From contig NMRA01000167.1 of the NCBI GenBank assembly GCA_002633005.1, positions 715,353-779,352 on the forward strand: DNA of 64,000 nt. Direction: 5' to 3'. The notes below the pieces were generated by a model. It had not been told where the DNA came from and searched no databases. It saw only the letters and a list, made by a program, of their open reading frames with translations. This document shows, in pieces, positions 44,193-57,140 of this stretch. A program made the position numbers and the translations under genes. This DNA is from Phoronis australis. Its lineage: Eukaryota; Animalia; Phoronida. Every line of letters begins with the position of its first letter. Position 1 is the first letter of the stretch.

Positions 44193-47100
44193 TTTTGTTT
44201 TCGAATTATTCTGAGATAACTGAACAGGGTAAAATGCAGCCTAAACAGGCACTGCGCGTCATTTAGCTGTCAGTGTTAACCGAATCGCTTTACAAAATAT
44301 TTCCGTCCATCTTTGCTCTATCGTCCATTACTATATCACTTATCTTACAATAAAAATGCCAAGCACAGTTTTTATTATTTTAACTCTTGAACCTTAGTTC
44401 GAAACACCTTATCATCAAAATATTTTGCTCGATACATTAATTTAAATGTATTTATCTCAAAATATTTGGGCCGCCGGTAGTTCTACGGTTAATGCTCTCT
44501 ACACAGTTGTCACCTTGGCCTATTTTATACGAACTGTTCTGTCGCGTATGATCTTTGTCTAAACAGAGTAACTACACTTAATTCTTTAGATTCTCCTCTC
44601 TTTGATGTTGGATACGTGTTGAAAGTATTTGATTCTCAAAAAATGTTCCGTGTACGGACATTACACATCCGGGCATTTTTGCCGACCATCTTTGTCCCGC
44701 AGAAAAATAGTTATGTGCATCATAGCACTTTGTGGCGGTGGACAGGGAAACTCATCCACGAAAAACCCCTTTCCATGTGGCGATACGGTATTCACAACAC
44801 CACCTTGATCATACCCTCCTGGACCATGCACCCACATTGCGACTGAGTGCACTGCTCACCCTGGCGGTCTCCAATTAGCTCGGCAAATTAGCGTTATCTC
44901 ACTCCGGCATGTCTGATCATTCAGCGTGTGAGGAACCTGCTTTCTCAGTATTGTTGACGCCCTGCTGACGGTTATGTGTGCCCATTTGGAATTGTGTATT
45001 ATATTCAGTTTTAGCCCATTTGACAATTTGTGTAACCATCTGGTACTTGAAGTATGTTTGCCGTTTTTGCCCGAGCCCATCTGGTAGGTCATCTTTCAAT
45101 ATACGTCTGGCATTGCGCACCCATCTGGTACCTACCTGGTAAGTGTTTCGGATGTTGCCCAACCGACCGTGTCCAACACCATAGTTCAGGTCTTTGCAGG
45201 TCGCCCAGAGGGGTGAGGTTTTACGACATCCTTATGGACTAAATGGAAAGTTATTGCCACGAATGGTATTCAGTATAGTTCCTTGGAGTTGTTTTAAGTA
45301 AACTGAGTCCAGAAATGTTTCCTCTCCTCTTGTCTACTCGGATCGGGAAGAGACGCCATTTCAGAACTCATCCTTTTTAAGTGTTGAATTCTTGGCGCGA
45401 ATTATCAAAACTCTGGTTAGTAATGTCACATTTTAACCTGAATTATTGAAATCTAAGGCGCAAAGGCATTCGGATTATGGTCTTGCATTGGGGCGGTCGT
45501 GAATTTGCGATTTTAGGTAGAAAAAGGCCAAAATTGCAATTTTCAGTTATTTTTGGCATTTGAATTATTTCCGGTGGATGTAGCAAGGCAAAGATATTGC
45601 TTTCTTGAATTATTTATTATTATTATTTGCTTTTTTGAATGAGCAACCCCATAGTGTGCGCTTTCTGTCAGTTATGCCTTTTTTCAGGTGTCTTGAGACA
45701 AGGTGAAAACAAGGACTCCCATTGACCCCAACCAGTATAGTACTGTAACATCAAAATCAGGCAATTGAACTTTGGTCTTAGTCCAACTAGTACGTGCCAC
45801 CATTTATGTGTATAAGGCCATGACCCAGAAATTGCCAAGTCATCTTCTTAAATAAACGTCTAACTTTGAGATCATTCTCATGCTGAAGTGTTATGTGTTC
45901 CTAACCCCTAAAAGTTACATCGAAATTAAATTCTCATTGAAAACGTACCCTGGATGAAAAAAAAAACGTTTCCGCGCTCTTTCGAGCTTGAATTGTAGCC
46001 AAATTAACCAGCAACTCAACTCACAGGTTATGCGCACATACACCCTTTCTGAATTAGCATTTACATGTATGCCTGACCAACCACAATATACACTGAAGCG
46101 TGTATTTTTAGATTTTTAATCGCTAATGGTTTCGGTGTTCGTGCTGGTTACGAAAATTGAACACACGAGGGGTATCAGGTATCATAATATCGATTTTGTG
46201 AGAGTAAAGGGTCTAATCTGATTCATTTTCCGTTTTGAGACCGGATAAACAATGCGAAATGTATCTTCGTACAGTTCTGCACTGGTTGATCAACGTGCTT
46301 GTGCTTGTTTTTGTTTTGCTACAATGTCATCGATTATGTGCGGTATTCCCCGGGAGACTGGAAACGTACTTAATTTACGAAATTGTTTGTTGATTTGATA
46401 ATGATTGAATCACAGGGCTGAGTAGGGGAGTCATAATTACGTAGCTGCATCAATTGCTAATCGTTCGTAATTATTCAGATTAAAAATAATGATGGACCTT
46501 CAGAATACCCAATCCTCGGCGCACAACCACTCGCCAGTGCTACACAATGAATTCAGTCTTAGAATATGAAGATATATTCGAACAAACCGTGCGTTCTTCA
46601 TTTTACTGAGCCACTTCCGTGATGGAAACAATTTGAGACTAATGACAAAAGCAAAAGTCCTTTTGACTTAAAAGCAAGTTCATAGCTGGGATAACACTTA
46701 AAACAGACAACATGTATATTTGCTAACCGAAAAAATAACATCGATTCCCAAACCTTTACGTAATTGATATCCATTTCGTATCTCATACATGTATTTACCA
46801 AGCAATTGAAGCGGGAAACTCCTTTACTGTATCAAAGACTTAATGTACTCCGACTACAATAATACGACAAAGTCGACTTAAAACGCTTCACAACTTCTCA
46901 ATGAGCACTGTATAAATCAGTGTGTGGAACTTAACAGTGTTAACACCAAAACGTCAATTCGTCCTCACGTCACAAAACATTGTATAGGAGCTTTGCCACA
47001 ACTGTCTGTTGATATATATCCCTGGTCCGTTGTCAGTTTTTTCAGCCTCATGGCGTTTGGTTGAAAATCACAAATGCACTTCATTTTTCCAAATAGACAT

Positions 47101-47575
47101 TGCAGTCAACATCCCTCGCGTTGGCTGGGTTTCTGTATTTCCGTTATAACACTTCTGGTTGAATGACGTTATTTAATCAGATTTAATTCAAGGACAGCCA
47201 TGTTCTTGTGCAGGTTGATTACCACTAGGATAGGTGGTCAGGTTCCCTAGAAATGGTTCCGTTACTGGGTTGGGAACCGTACATTTTAAGAACAGGAAAC
47301 TACAGAAAGGGTTCATGTTCAAGATATGTTTCTTGATTTTAAATTCACTATATGATCATTTGATTACTGCATATTGACTCATTGAATAAGACATCTCGAG
47401 CAGTTACGTGAAGGAAAATAAAAAGTCTGACTTTTGTGAAGTGTCGTCCAGACGGTGGCTCTCCTAATTCTCGCGGTGTCTCTAAAGGGAATGTTGTTAT
47501 TTGGTTGACCCACAGAAATGAGGGTGGATCTTAATTTGTGAAAGAGTGATGTGCTGACTTCATTTGAAACCGAGT

Positions 47576-50191
47576 TTAAAGTCTAGTCGTAGCATCAATG
47601 CATTTTATGTCGTCGTGACTACAATTTTCTGACGTCATTGCCTCCAACCGTGTTGACGGCACCGTACATGTATGAGAATCTCGCTGGAGCTTAAATGTAC
47701 ATTTACGTCCCAACGAATTAAACACCGCTCTAGTGCAAACAAATGAAATGAAAACATAAACACCTTGACTAGCATTCAGAATTGTGAAAATATACCAGAT
47801 AACCTCGTAGTTTGCTGCCATGGCAACAAAACCAAAAATCCAAGTTAATCCAAGGAGGATGAACAACTTAACGTATCTCAAAAAGTCTTGCTTCATGGAA
47901 GACTTCCTAGATTTGCTGAGAGACCTGGAAGCTTTGAGAGACTTGTGAAGCGTGCACGCAGTGAGAACGTAAATGACGATGTTTATCATTACCATGGTAG
48001 TAATGGGGGCGGCAAATAAAATTAAAAGTGCATACCGTTGCGTAAACCAGCAAAGTCCTCCAAAAGAAAAGTTTGGTTTAAAAGCGTAATCGACGTCTGA
48101 AAATTCAAGGATCATTGACACTGATGATATCAACGTAGGCACAAGAATGGCATAGCTGCATACAATTACCAAACGCCGGCAGTTAACTTTAGAAGATTTT
48201 GAAAACAAGTAACGAAATGTGCTCCAGGTGTCTGCCGCCATCACGTTCATCCAAGCAAACACAGAGAGGTACGCCCACTGGGAGAGAGCTGCAAACAGCT
48301 CACACAGCCAAGGACGAACGCTCGCTACAGGCCGAAGAAGGAAGAACATTCCAGCCAAGAACAAGTTTAAGGCAAAGCAAAATTGGAGTTTTCCAGGAAA
48401 CGTATGGTACACAGGTGAAACCGCCTGAAGAACGAGGCGACTCAAAAGACACACTTCAGACAAAGATATGCAGACTATGGTTAAAATACCCAGGGTTGGA
48501 GAAGATGAAGGTTTGGGGAAGACCTTACGAAAGCTATCAAGGCAAATTAGAATACTGTCGTTCGCCTTTAAAACGTCATGGCTCGGAACCAAGCCCTTCA
48601 TCTCGTGTAAAAACACGTGACTGTTGTTGTATAGGCTTAAACTTCCGTCGTACAGCGTAGTATTCTTGCACGTTTGATCACTCCTGAAATGAGTACTGTT
48701 CCAACTCTGTCTAAAGCACACGCTGGCGTTGATTGATATTCGAGCTACCTTACCAATGTTATGAGACGAGAACCATGATTTGGTTAAAGTCTTGAAGTTT
48801 TCATACATTGCACGTCTCTCCTGCCTTTCCGATACAAAGCATGTTTTGTTCAGGAGCTGAATAAAAGACACGGTGACTTGATACTGTATTTGTAACCCTA
48901 TCCTGAGCGTACGGTTATGTTGTTGATCTATTCGAAAATCCCTGAGTTCGTGGACCTCAAATGATTTTGCTATACATTCCTTTTTAAATAAGCCCCAAAA
49001 GTACGATACGTTCGCCACGTTTTCTGAGGAATTAACGAAAAATGTCACGGCAATATTCACAGGAGATAGCGCATAGCTTAAGACACATTTCCCATTTTCT
49101 AAATAAAAATCGTCCAGGCATTTCGTAAAATGACAGTTTTCAAGAGCAGGTGATGGGCACACTGCTGATGCCTTCTTCCGAGTCTTCTTCTTAAAACGCG
49201 ACTTTAAAGAGTTGGACACACCGACTTGAAGATTCCCTGCATTGTTTACATCAAGAAGAAGCGAAAAGGAAAATTTCCAGTATCCTGGCAACTCGACGAT
49301 TCGGTCTTCATTAAAAATTGGTTGACGACCGACACAAGTTAAGTTCCCTATTGCATTTTGGTTATTACACACACCACAGTAATAATTCTTGAAGAGTTTC
49401 TCCTTTCTTCCAACTTTTTGTTTGACTACACTCTGGGTTGCTTTGCATTTCTTTTTCAGTTCGTTTGACTGGCAGTTTGACGGACACTGCCGAATGATAT
49501 AAGGGTCACAATATCGATAGTTATCATTTTTATCTTGGATGGTAATTTTACAACGACGATCATTCATTCTCTTATTTATTATTTTTATGTTGCCTTCGTG
49601 CTCAGGAGGATGAATATCTGGACATTCCAGCTTAAAGATCCAAAACTGAAGAGTGGAGACACCATGACATTTAGCACAGTAATAATTTTGATAATGTATG
49701 CCTGTTACGTTATCAGTTACAGGTACTTTGTTGACCACAGTTTCGTTCGTATTCAAGCACCTCGAGACCAACCGTTCGTCTCCAAAATGTTCAGGACAAT
49801 TATTGACCATGCTTGCCCTATAAGTTCTTTTTCCTACTATTAATTCTACACAGTCCAACGGCAGGGGTGCAACGGAATAAGTATTCGCTTCCTCGGGGCA
49901 GAACTGCCAAAAATCCTCGCAACAGTCACCGTATAGAATGCACATGGCGTCACAAGAGCACGAACTCTTTTTCCCAATTATAATATTTCCCATAGTTGGT
50001 ACGTTAATAACAACGTTGCACGCATTACGACAAGACGCGTAGGAGACCTTTTCTGAGCAAGTTTCCGATCGATTTTTGAGCATGGCGTAGTCCACCATGG
50101 TTTTGTTGTCGCAACCCAATTGTCCATTCGAACGTGAAACTTGACAAACGGTAAGATACAAACAAACTCGCTGAAAAGTTGCCCAACGCAT
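47576..50191 (-). CDS. Somatomedin-B/Cys-rich ectodomain 7TM receptor (secretin/adhesion/Methuselah-like class B), single large coding exon, ~871 aa from the signal-peptide Met
   Basis: Signal-peptide-like MRWATFQRVCLYLTVCQVSRS; SMB motif CSCDAMCILYGDCCEDF; two Y/F-x-NYYC-xx-C repeats; seven hydrophobic helices with class B signatures PGK, WMNVMA, CWF, LGLTWIFG and LNASQG. Acceptor at 50248-50249 shows that the ORF part above 50247 is intron. Confidence 0.88.
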   Translation of the reverse strand: MRWATFQRVCLYLTVCQVSRSNGQLGCDNKTMVDYAMLKNRSETCSEKVSYASCRNACNVVINVPTMGNIIIGKKSSCSCDAMCILYGDCCEDFWQFCPEEANTYSVAPLPLDCVELIVGKRTYRASMVNNCPEHFGDERLVSRCLNTNETVVNKVPVTDNVTGIHYQNYYCAKCHGVSTLQFWIFKLECPDIHPPEHEGNIKIINKRMNDRRCKITIQDKNDNYRYCDPYIIRQCPSNCQSNELKKKCKATQSVVKQKVGRKEKLFKNYYCGVCNNQNAIGNLTCVGRQPIFNEDRIVELPGYWKFSFSLLLDVNNAGNLQVGVSNSLKSRFKKKTRKKASAVCPSPALENCHFTKCLDDFYLENGKCVLSYALSPVNIAVTFFVNSSENVANVSYFWGLFKKECIAKSFEVHELRDFRIDQQHNRTLRIGLQIQYQVTVSFIQLLNKTCFVSERQERRAMYENFKTLTKSWFSSHNIGKVARISINASVCFRQSWNSTHFRSDQTCKNTTLYDGSLSLYNNSHVFLHEMKGLVPSHDVLKANDSILICLDSFRKVFPKPSSSPTLGILTIVCISLSEVCLLSRLVLQAVSPVYHTFPGKLQFCFALNLFLAGMFFLLRPVASVRPWLCELFAALSQWAYLSVFAWMNVMAADTWSTFRYLFSKSSKVNCRRLVIVCSYAILVPTLISSVSMILEFSDVDYAFKPNFSFGGLCWFTQRYALLILFAAPITTMVMINIVIYVLTACTLHKSLKASRSLSKSRKSSMKQDFLRYVKLFILLGLTWIFGFVAMAANYEVIWYIFTILNASQGVYVFISFVCTRAVFNSLGRKCTFKLQRDSHTCTVPSTRLEAMTSENCSHDDIKCIDATTRL

Positions 50192-50841
50192 CGTAGCTAA
50201 TGTTGGTTCGCATACGCAAGTATTCACAACACTGCAAGCGTTAGTATCTGTGAAGAAATATAAACCTTGCAAAATACCGTGTTTCACCTGATGTGTACCT
50301 AAATGTACATGAATAATGTACAAGTACATGTTTTTCTCACGATGAACCAATGATCACGGCATCAAAGTCACACTGATCACAGGGGCCGTATACAATGGAC
50401 TCTAGACTTGTAATTACTTGGAAATAGTTGTTTGTTGGAACACAACATCAATAAGAAGAAGACTACTAAATAATTCAAGGTGTGGTTTGAGAATGAGGTG
50501 CGGTCGTCTACATCGTAGCGAGCGCTTTGTCGCTCCATGCACTCTGCTTGTTTACTACGCCGCTGTTACCATGTAGGTAACAATGCTGTATATAGAATGC
50601 TATGAAAACGGACTTAATACCCTGTGAGTACCAATGCAATGTAGTGCTGTTTTAGTTTATTTTAAGTTTATTTTTGTCTATTCTTCTTTTTTCTGCCTTT
50701 TTAAGGATTTGATATTCCCTGAACTATTAGAGACCAGTTTTTGAATTTTCATATGGTGCCAAAATTTCAAATATTGTAATTATTTTGTATTGCAAAATGC
50801 AAAAGAATAGGTCAATTGGTAGAAAATCATCAAATCTTGAN

Positions 50842-52719
50842 GCTATACATTCCTTTTTAAATAAGCCCCAAAAGTACGATACGTTCGCCACGTTTTCTGA
50901 GGAATTAACGAAAAATGTCACGGCAATATTCACAGGAGATAGCGCATAGCTTAAGACACATTTCCCATTTTCTAAATAAAAATCCTCCAGGCATTTCGTA
51001 AAATGACAATTTTCAAGATCAGGTGATGGGCACACTGCTGAAGCTTTCTTCCTAGACTTCTTCTTAAAACGTGACTTTAAAGAGTTGGACACATCGACAT
51101 GAAGATTCCCTGCATTGTTCACATCAAGAAGAAGCGAAAAGGAAAATTTCCAGTATCCCGGCAAATCGACGACTCGGCCGTCATAAAAAATTGATTGACG
51201 ACCGACACAAGTTAAGTTCCCTATTGCATTCTGGTTATTACACACACCGCAGTAATAATTCTTGAAGAGTTTCTCCTTTCTTCCAACTTTTTGTTCGACT
51301 ACACTCTGGGTTGCTTTGCATTTCTTTTTCAGTTCGTTTGACTGGCAGTTTGACGGACACTGCCGAATGATATAAGGGTCACAATATCGATACTTTTCAT
51401 TTTTATCTTGGATGGTAATTTTACAACGACGATCATTCATTCTCTTATTTATGATTTTTATGTTGCCTTCGTGCTCAGGAGGATAAATTTCCGGACATTC
51501 AAGCTTAAAGATCCAAAACTGCAGAGTGGAGACACCATGACATTTAGCACAGTAATAATTTTGATAATGTATGCCTGTTACGTTATCAGTTACAGGTACT
51601 TTGTTGACCACAGTTTCGTTCGTATTCAAGCAACTCGAAACCAACCGTCTGTCTTCAAACTGTTCAGGACAATTATTGACTATGCTTGCCCTATAAATTC
51701 TTTTTCCTACTATTAATTCTACACAGTCCAACGGCAGGGGTGCAACGGAATAAGTATTCGCTTCCTCGGGGCAGAACTGCCAAAAATCCTCGCAACAGTC
51801 ACCGTATAGAATGCACATGGCGTCACAAGAGCACGAACTCTTTTTCCCAATTATAATATTTCCCATAGTTGGTACGTTAATAACAACGTTGCACGCATTA
51901 CGACAAGACGCGTAGGAGACCTTTTCTGAGCAAGCTTCCGATCGATTTTTTAGCATGTGGTAGTCCACGATGGTTTTGTTGTCGCAACCAAATTGTCCAT
52001 TCGAACGTGAAACGTGACAAACGGTAAGATACAAACAAACTCGCTGAAAAGTTACCCAACGCATCGTAGCTAATGTTGGTTCGCATACGCACGTATTCAC
52101 AACACTGCAAGCTTTCGTATCTGTGAAGAAATATAAACCTTGCAAAATACCGTGTTTCACCTGATGTGTACCTAAATGTAAATGAATAATGTACATGAAC
52201 ATGTTTTTTCTCACGATGAAACAATGATCACGACATCAAAGCCACACTGATCACAGGGGCCGTATACAATGCACTGTAGACTTGTAATTACTTGGAAATA
52301 GTTGTTTGTTGGAACACAGCGTCAATAAGAAGAAGACTACTAAATAATTCAATGTGTGGTTTGAGAATGAGGTGCAGTCTTCTACATCGTAGCGAGTGCT
52401 TTGTTGCTCCATGCACTCTGCTCGTTTACTACGCCACTGTTACCATGTAGGTAAGAATGCTGTATGCTATGAAAACGGAATTAATACCCTGTGAGTACCA
52501 ATGCAATGTAGTGCTGTCTTAGATTATTTTCAGTTAATTTTTAATTAGTTTATTTTTGCCTATTCTTTTTTCCTGCCTTTTTAAGGATGTGATATTTCCT
52601 GAACTATTAGAGACCAGTCTTTGAATTTTCAGATGGTGCCAAAATTTCAAATATTGTAATTATTTTGTATTGCAAAATTCAAGAGAAAAGGTCAATTGGT
52701 AGAAAATCATCAAATCTTG
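50842..52719 (-). other. Second, truncated copy of the receptor 5' part plus intron; probable alternate haplotype falsely duplicated at a gap
   Basis: 48969-50839 is repeated at 50842-52719, with the junction exactly at the N at 50841. The ORF 50727-52214 leaves the receptor sequence precisely at the X. Confidence 0.8.
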
Positions 52720-53509
52720 GCAATGATATTTCTCATACAGTTTCACATGTAATCTTTGCAACTTCGGTGCACGAGTACGCCAACACGCCAATTAAAGTCA
52801 TTACTTTGCTGAGTCATCGATTTAGATGTTATAGGTCAACATGCATGTAGCCTACTCAGTGCAAATTTAAAATTTGCCCTGTGGACTAATAGGCAAATAG
52901 TTCACGTAATTGAATTTCACTCCCACTCTTTGTGGCCACTTCTGAAATCAACTGTTTACATTGACTGCGTCTCGCACACAGCCACTCTCTGTTTCAACCA
53001 GAGTTATCACCACAAGTGCACATGCTGGCCACAGTCCTTCGTGAAGTATTACTACCCAGGCCTGTAGGGACAAAAAATTAGGTGCTTACGAGGCAAATTT
53101 TACCACCAGCCCTTTCATATCACCACCACCTCAGCCCCACCGTTTTCCAGATGGGACCATTTTGTACCAACTCCTCACGCCTGCCATAGGAGTGGGGCAA
53201 ACACCGATGAGGCAGCCATGAGAACTTGAGTAGCCATGTTTCAACAAAGTTTCACGGTGAGAATGAGGCCTAAGAGCGACGCCGACGGATAGCTGGGAGT
53301 TGAGCTGTCTGACTCAAGTGACCTAGAGTTGTAAGCCGACAGCTCTCGCTAACTGAAGGCAGGGGAATAGGAATTGCGGTAGCGCACTCTTTGAGTAATG
53401 TTACGATATAACTGTAAGTTACACCGAGTGTATTCTCTCGGGTTCTACCAGAATTTGCTGTTATCAGTGGTTTCAATCGAGCCTGCTAAANGGTACTTCC
53501 GTAACTCAC

Positions 53510-53760
53510 CGGCAATTTCCGTACCGTCCTTGACCTCGAGCGGCAACCGATGGACGTGCGCGGGGTTTTTTGTGAACATTTTTGTTCTTTGACTGCGAAT
53601 TTCTTACGAAGTCGCCGGAACAGGACACTGTGAATGGTATTGGGAAAAAGAACAATTCTTCATGGTTTGTTGAACCTCTGTTTTGTGTAAATTTATTGAG
53701 TTTTATGTTTGCTATGGACGGCTGAAGTGAAGCACCCGTGGAATTTCTGGTCGGAAGTGT
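53510..53760 (-). other. Putative first exon of the 7TM receptor gene
   Basis: Minus-strand donor CCG|GTGAGT (plus 53504-53509). ATG at 53579 gives 23 codons + 1 nt, in phase with the acceptor at 50247/52120. ETS-like CGGAAGTG at ~53752. Confidence 0.45.
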
Positions 53761-53767
53761 CATACCT

Positions 53768-56700
53768 TGTAGTATTATATGTAGTGTATTGGGGACGATC
53801 AGAAGCTGAGGACGCCTGTGATCGTTATATGGTGTCAGGAGTTAGGAACTGGTTGTGCTGTTACTGTGAGTACATGTATTTGTAAAAAAAGAACAAAAAT
53901 AGGACTCAAATGAACATCGCAAGTGTACGACTTCCCGATTAACTTGCCCAAAAGTCATGGAGAAGTGGAAATAGTTCTTCCGAATGTATTTGAAAGCTAT
54001 CGGGTAATCCAAGAACCAGATGAAAGGAAAGTAGGATTTCTTCTCAATCAGATTAGGGACCAAGGTCGTGAAATATATCACAAACTTTCATTTCAAGGAG
54101 GGGGAGATCCAGATGACTACAGGATAGTTTTGGAGCAATTTGATACGCACTTCGGGAAACAAGATCTTCAGCTGATGCTACGAACACGAGAACAATTCTG
54201 TTGCCACATGAAAAGGGAGCCAAATCAATCGTTTTATTCATGGGTAACAGCGGTGAAGAATGAAGCTGCTGCACACAAATTCTCACAAGAGTTCATGCAA
54301 GAATCAGTAAGCGGCAAACTTGCATTCTTATGCGATGATGACAGCAAGCTGTAATTACATGACTGCACCCAGGGGGGCTCACAGGGGTTGAACTCCCTCC
54401 CTCCCCCCCATTTGGAAACGTGGGCAAAAAAGAGCCTAGGTTGTGCAGAATGCGTTGTGCTTGCTGTTAGGTTTGCCGGCTATTCGGAAGAACGGCTTAC
54501 TGGACACAGTACCAGGAATATTTCTAGTTCGTGATATGACAATAAGAGCTGTTGACATTTTGGTGGACGATGAACCAGTCTCGAAGCAAAAAATAGTACG
54601 GAAGTTTTCAATGTTGTTTAGAAGTTTAGGAAAACTGTCTGGGGAATACAAGACATGTCTCAAATACGCAAAGCCATATTGTTAGTCCTCGCCTTGATGA
54701 GTATCATTGCCGCTACAGCAGAAAATCCAAGACAACTTAGACGAATGAGCAAAATTTGGTGTCATTCAATCCATCGATGAAGCAACTGATTGGTGTTCGT
54801 CAATAGTCGTGGTATAAAAGCCAAATAAGATGTCAAGATTTGCGTTGAACTGACCAAGCTTATTGCAGCTGTGAAACGTGAGATTCATCCAATGCCGAAC
54901 GTGGAGGAAACGGTTGTTAAGCTTTCCGTAGGAACTGTGTTCTCGAATCTAGATGCCAATTGCGGTTTCCACCAGGTGCCTCTGAGTGAAGATAGAGCAA
55001 AGCTGACGACCATCATAACTCCATCGGGCAGATACGTTTCGCAAACTTTGCTATCGTATTTACTCTGCACCAGAGTTTTCCAGGAACGCGTGGACCAGGA
55101 ACTCGCTGGATTTAGTGGCGTAGTTTGTCGTATGGATGACATCCTAGTATTTGGTGCAACACAAGACGAACACGTCACAAGACTTAACGCTGGAACGGTT
55201 TTCTGAGATTGAGTTGACCCTGAATGTGAACAAATGATCGTTTTCGCAGTCAAAACTAGAATATTTGGGCTAAGTTATTGACGGTCAAGGCATCCGTAAA
55301 GATCCCGAGAAAACAGCAGCAATTTGTAGCATCTGAGCTACAAGACGTTCACGAATTTAGAACTTCTTGGCATGGTGAACCAACAGATGAAGTTTTGTGC
55401 ACACACCTTACAGATCTAACGGAACCAATAAGAGAGTTGTTGAAGTCCAAAGCAGCTGGGACGTGGCACACGCACTACAAAGATGCTTTCGCCAAACTGG
55501 AATTGGATTCAGATCGCATTCTCATTCTCTACGGTACTTACAAAGAAACTGTTGTTTCCGCAAATGCCTGATTCAAAATCAGCCGAGTTAGCACATGTAA
55601 GTCGTGCAATGACTGCGACTGAACGTTGACATGCGCAGATCGAAAACGAGGCGGTGACGTGGGCTACAGAGCACTGGTCTAGCTGAGATGCTCAGAGGGA
55701 TGCAATCCAATGTGGAAACAGATCACAAGCCAACGAATACAATGGATGATCTACAAATCAGAATATAAAGGTTTCGAATACGCTTGATAAGATTTACATT
55801 TGGTATTACGCACTTACCGGTAAAACTTCTGATTACTGAAGATGCGTTGTCACGAACAGCCTTCACCGAAGATAATCCAAACATCACTGAAATTGATAAG
55901 TCTTAGCTTTCAAGGAGCCAGAATGTTGTGTGTGACCGGTATTAGTCAATCTGCTTGCATCTGACAAACGGTTGGATGAGATCCGAGATCGGATTCGTTT
56001 AGACGACATCTTGAATACTGTCGTGTATTAAACACAGCAAGGGTGGAACAAAGCGGACATGAATAGACAGATGACGAAGTATTACGCGGAGCTTTCAGCT
56101 ACGTAGATGACCTGCTGTTGAAAGAAAAGGGTCTGGATATCCCTATAAACTTGCGTGAGGACACACTGCGACGCCTCCATGACTGCCATCAAAGTATAAC
56201 CAAGATGAGACAAAATATAGCATGTTCAATGTGGTGGCCTGGCGTATTGACAGACATCGGGAAAATCTCCCGTAACTGCAATACGTGTCAGAGATCCTGA
56301 CAGAAAAGAATTGAACCGATGTAAGGAACAGAGTTACCTGACAAATCGTGGTCAAGTGTTGGCACCGACTCCTTCCATATAACAACATCATACTTACCTT
56401 CTAGCAGTTGATTACTACGCAAGAGAAATCAAGGTGATCAGTGTGACACGTAATGTGAACATCACTGAGACGGTCGACGAGCTGAAGAAGGTCTTTAGCC
56501 AACATGGCGTCCTAGGTGTTCTGTTTTCCGATATTAGGTCTTAATTCAACTCACAGCGGTTCTTGAGTTTTGCCAATTTGTGGAGATTTGAGCGCACAAC
56601 GTCATCACCAAAATACCCTCAGTCAATTGGTGATGAGGATGAAAGAGCAGTACAGACCATTAAGTTGGCCTCCTACAGAAGCGAGGATGAACATTTTGCA

Positions 56701-57140
56701 CTCTTGACATACAGGAACACTCCATTGGCTAATGGATACTCTCCTAGCAAGTTGAGCATGGGTACGAGATTGAAAACAAGAGTACTCTGCCATCCATAGC
56801 TCTTGAATCCATCTGGCTCAGACTCAGACGTTGTTAGAAAACAAGAGGGGAAGGAGATGGCTGGCAACTGCACCAGACTACTCCAGGTCACAGAACCCGA
56901 CTTCATAATTAAGTCATGGGAGTCGTGTGTGGATCCCTGATCTACCTTCAGATGGTCGCGTGGTCAGTTACAACGATCCACGTTAGCTCCAAATGGGACT
57001 TCCAATGGCACTGTGAGTGGGAACCGCGCAACTCTCCGGAAGTTACCATCTGAGCGACTAAGTGAATCGTCGTCCGAACAATCACCTCATACGCCCTCCA
57101 TTGAACCACAGGAGTTGAGGAGAAGCAAGAGAGTGACGTA
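53768..57140 (+). mobile_element. Decayed Ty3/Gypsy LTR retrotransposon (gag-pol remnant)
   Basis: TG-starting short LTR remnant (53768) and tRNA-Leu-like PBS TGGTGTCAGGAGT (53830). Gag-like ORF 53923-54354. RT motifs LDANCGFHQVPL and MDDILVFG; RNase H ETDHKP; integrase LHDCHQ..WWPG..CNTC, LAVDYY, SSPKYPQS..ERAVQTIK, YRNTP. Order RT-RH-INT; many stops and frameshifts; no 3' LTR recognised. Confidence 0.9.

Noticed and set aside
50192-50350. N-terminal ~53 aa of the 924-aa ORF as annotated
   Set aside because: A clear acceptor at 50248-50249 makes the upstream part intronic, and the signal peptide begins at the Met at 50191.
48199-51716. Plus-strand ORFs 48199-48660, 49535-49843 and 51408-51716
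   Set aside because: Antisense shadows of the receptor CDS with no independent evidence.
50727-52214. 495-aa ORF as a genuine secreted/decoy paralog of the receptor
   Set aside because: It ends at an N where unrelated intron sequence begins, and the duplicated block starts exactly at that N, as at 22711. A haplotype overlap is the simpler explanation.
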